The notes under the pieces: model-generated | The model's input: the letters and a program-made list of their open reading frames with translations, nothing else | What the model was told of the DNA's origin: nothing | The model's database searches: none | In this document: positions 61,978-64,000 of the stretch, one piece after another | How positions within the stretch are numbered: the stretch's first letter is position 1 | Layout: each line of letters starts with the position of its first letter | Assembly: GCA_963762585.1 (NCBI GenBank) | Contig: CAVXLF010000008.1 | Location: 80,010-144,009, forward strand | Reading direction: 5' to 3' | From: an uncultured Verrucomicrobiae bacterium | GTDB taxonomy: Bacteria > Verrucomicrobiota > Verrucomicrobiia > Limisphaerales > UBA11358 | Length of the DNA stretch: 64,000 bases | Program-made: the position numbers and the translations under genes

Positions 61978-64000
61978 TTACTGGGCGGCGCGATAGAACA
62001 TTTTCGTTCCATTGGTAGCCGGGTTGAACGTATACGGCGAAGCGCTTACGTTCGTCGTCCACGGACCAGTCAGGTTGGTGGTTTGCTCAAGCACGCCATT
62101 GGTATAGGTCAATTGCAGGTTGGAACCCACCTTGACGATATTCAATCCCGGAGGCGGCAGCACGTTGCGAACAATCGCGCAGCACATGAAAGTGGAACCG
62201 CCCGTTAGATTGATTTCTTGAGTCGTGTTGGTGGCCGTAAAGTTCCCCACCACATAAACATTGTCACCCATGGCAAACGATTGGGAAACGTCCGCAGTGT
62301 CATTTGTGTTGTTAAAGTTACCTTGACGGGCCGGCGCATCGTTATCATCAAAGGCGAATAACTGCACGGAGTATTGTTGCCCACAGTCAGGTTGTTCACA
62401 TTCATGCTTGCGCAACCTTCCGAATCAGAACCGAAAACGGTGTCGAGGTTGGTGTCACCCGTGGTCCCGTTGAACTGTCCGGTCCAGGTCGTATAGCCGG
62501 AACCGGCGATTGAGGCGCCAGTGTCGTCAAATGTGAACAAATTGGTGCCGTTTGTCACCGTCACGCTAACTCCGGCAAATGATTCACACTCAAGCACCGT
62601 GCCGGGCGTACCACCCAGGATTTGAGCTGCCGTCAAACCAGTGAAGGGCACCTTGGCCGACCACTGGATTTGGGCGGTGGATGCCGGTAACACCGTCAAC
62701 AAGGCCCAATCGCTGTTGCTGGGCCCGCCTTGACTGTTGGAGGCAGCCAACCGGTAATAACCATTGGCGTTTGTCCCCGGCCCTACATTGGACAGTGTGT
62801 AGCTCGTGTTGGTCGCATTCAAAATGCTGGTCACACCACTACCATCATTGGTGTTGCTGTACTGCCACTGATAGGAGATGGGCTGGTCACCGGTAAATGA
62901 CGCAGTGAAATGCATGACGTTGTTGTTGCCAGCATGAATGCTCCAAGCGCCTCCACCAAGACCCGGGCAGTTGTCCGGATAGATGATGGTATCGTTCTGA
63001 AGGATTGGCGCTGAATGACTAATCCACAAAGTTGCCGGCGGAGTGCTGGTGACCGAACCGGCCGCATCCGAGACAATCACTTCGTAATCCAGATGATTGT
63101 TGGGGTTCACCACGTTGGAAATTACCAAGGAGGGCGTCGTCACCCCTGATATCTGGCTGTTATTTGCCAATGGCGTAAAAGTCCCTACGCCCACCGGGCT
63201 GGAGAGCCATTGGTAGGTCAGACCGGAAGTTACGCCGTTGGTGGTAGCCGACACGGCAAACGTGGCAACGCTTCCAGTGACATTGGTCTGGGTAACCGGC
63301 GGCGAATTAATGGACGGTAGAACCGACGGCGGAGTCGCGCCGAGAACTTTATAGTTGTTGAACTGAATGTTGCCTCCAGACGCACTCCATTCAAATACAA
63401 AACCGGCGCCCGTAATGTAGCCGCTCAAATTAGCGCCGGCAATTGGACCAACCACAACATTGGTGGCATTTGCAACAACATCATGACCACTGACGGTCAA
63501 TTGATTCCATGCGCTGGCCAAGTTGGTGAAGACAAACGTAAAATTCTGGAAGGTCGAGCCGCTTTCTATAAAATAGTTCGTTGAAACATACCACTGGCTG
63601 TTATTCAACTGCACGGCCCAATGCGCTTGTTCGGCGGCTCCCGGACCATTATTGCAGGCGACTGAAAAGGACAGGTTTGCCACAGTCGCCAGGTTGATCC
63701 CGGGGAAAGCCATTCTATTGGTGACCGGCCCGGCGGTATCTCCGTTACCGACATCATATGGCCCGCCGTTCGCGGTAGCAGTGGTAAAGTAAAAGGCCCC
63801 GGTGCAAGCGGGTGAGTTATTGTTGTAAGTATAAACGGCCATCACAGGGTAAGTTACGCCAGCGGAGGGTTTTGAGAAAATACGCGTATCATTTCCGAAG
63901 CCACCGACGAGTTCATTTATCCAGCCTACATTGGTTACTGACTGGTTGACATTCTTTAGAGTTTGTAAGGCATTACTGCTGAAGTCTTCCTGATAAATGA
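61978..64000 (-). CDS. large secreted Ig-like-repeat surface protein, 5' end outside the window, one apparent -1 frame break
   Basis: The frame of ORF 62205..63845 stays open upstream to position 64000 (manual translation '...IYQEDFSSNALQTLKNVNQSVTNVGWINELVGGFGNDTRIFSKPSAGVTYPVMAVY'). Ig-like unit 'VTGSVATFAVSATTNGVTSGLTYQWL'. The C-terminus continues in ORF 61978..62415 after a shift at 62374-62384. Confidence 0.7.

Overview
GC-rich chromosomal segment that looks like a soil member of the PVC superphylum, most likely Verrucomicrobia. This is inferred from a Gloeo_Verruco (GloVer) repeat protein, a DUF1559/H-X9-DG pseudopilin, TIGR03435-type domains and a 23S-IVS-type four-helix-bundle gene. 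I can support about 44 protein genes and one tRNA-Pro(CGG). I see no rRNA, CRISPR array, transposase or integrase. Housekeeping genes: trmB, asd, rpoD, holB, mfd, waaA, hldD, rRNA/tRNA pseudouridine synthases and RlmI-type methyltransferases, and a TonB/ExbB-ExbD set. Accessory blocks: (a) four tandem ECF-type sigma factors, each fused to a TM segment and a different C-terminal domain; (b) a MacA/MacB-type efflux operon interrupted by a four-helix-bundle gene; (c) a polyamine cluster (ODC-like decarboxylase, deoxyhypusine-synthase-like enzyme, agmatine deiminase); (d) a wecE-wecD-GtrB/ArnC-like GT2 plus large membrane protein module; (e) glycoside hydrolases (GH26, two GH2 paralogues) and giant secreted repeat proteins. 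Most notable observations: (1) the one-polypeptide sigma/TM/sensor array; (2) a 31-nt element, identical at 30/31 positions, at the same distance upstream of the LamG-fused sigma gene and of a GH2 gene 16 kb away; (3) a pervasive family of heptanucleotide-periodic (STRR-like) repeats. These repeats form intergenic hairpins, bracket the four-helix-bundle gene, and sit in frame inside mfd, aguA, the RluA-methyltransferase gene and the ExbB-ExbD linker. Five apparent single-base frameshifts (trmB, GH26, mfd x2, an Ig-repeat protein) can each be explained by a length change in a short A/T run, so I read them as probable sequencing errors, not decay. All functional calls rest on motif recognition by eye; no database search was run.
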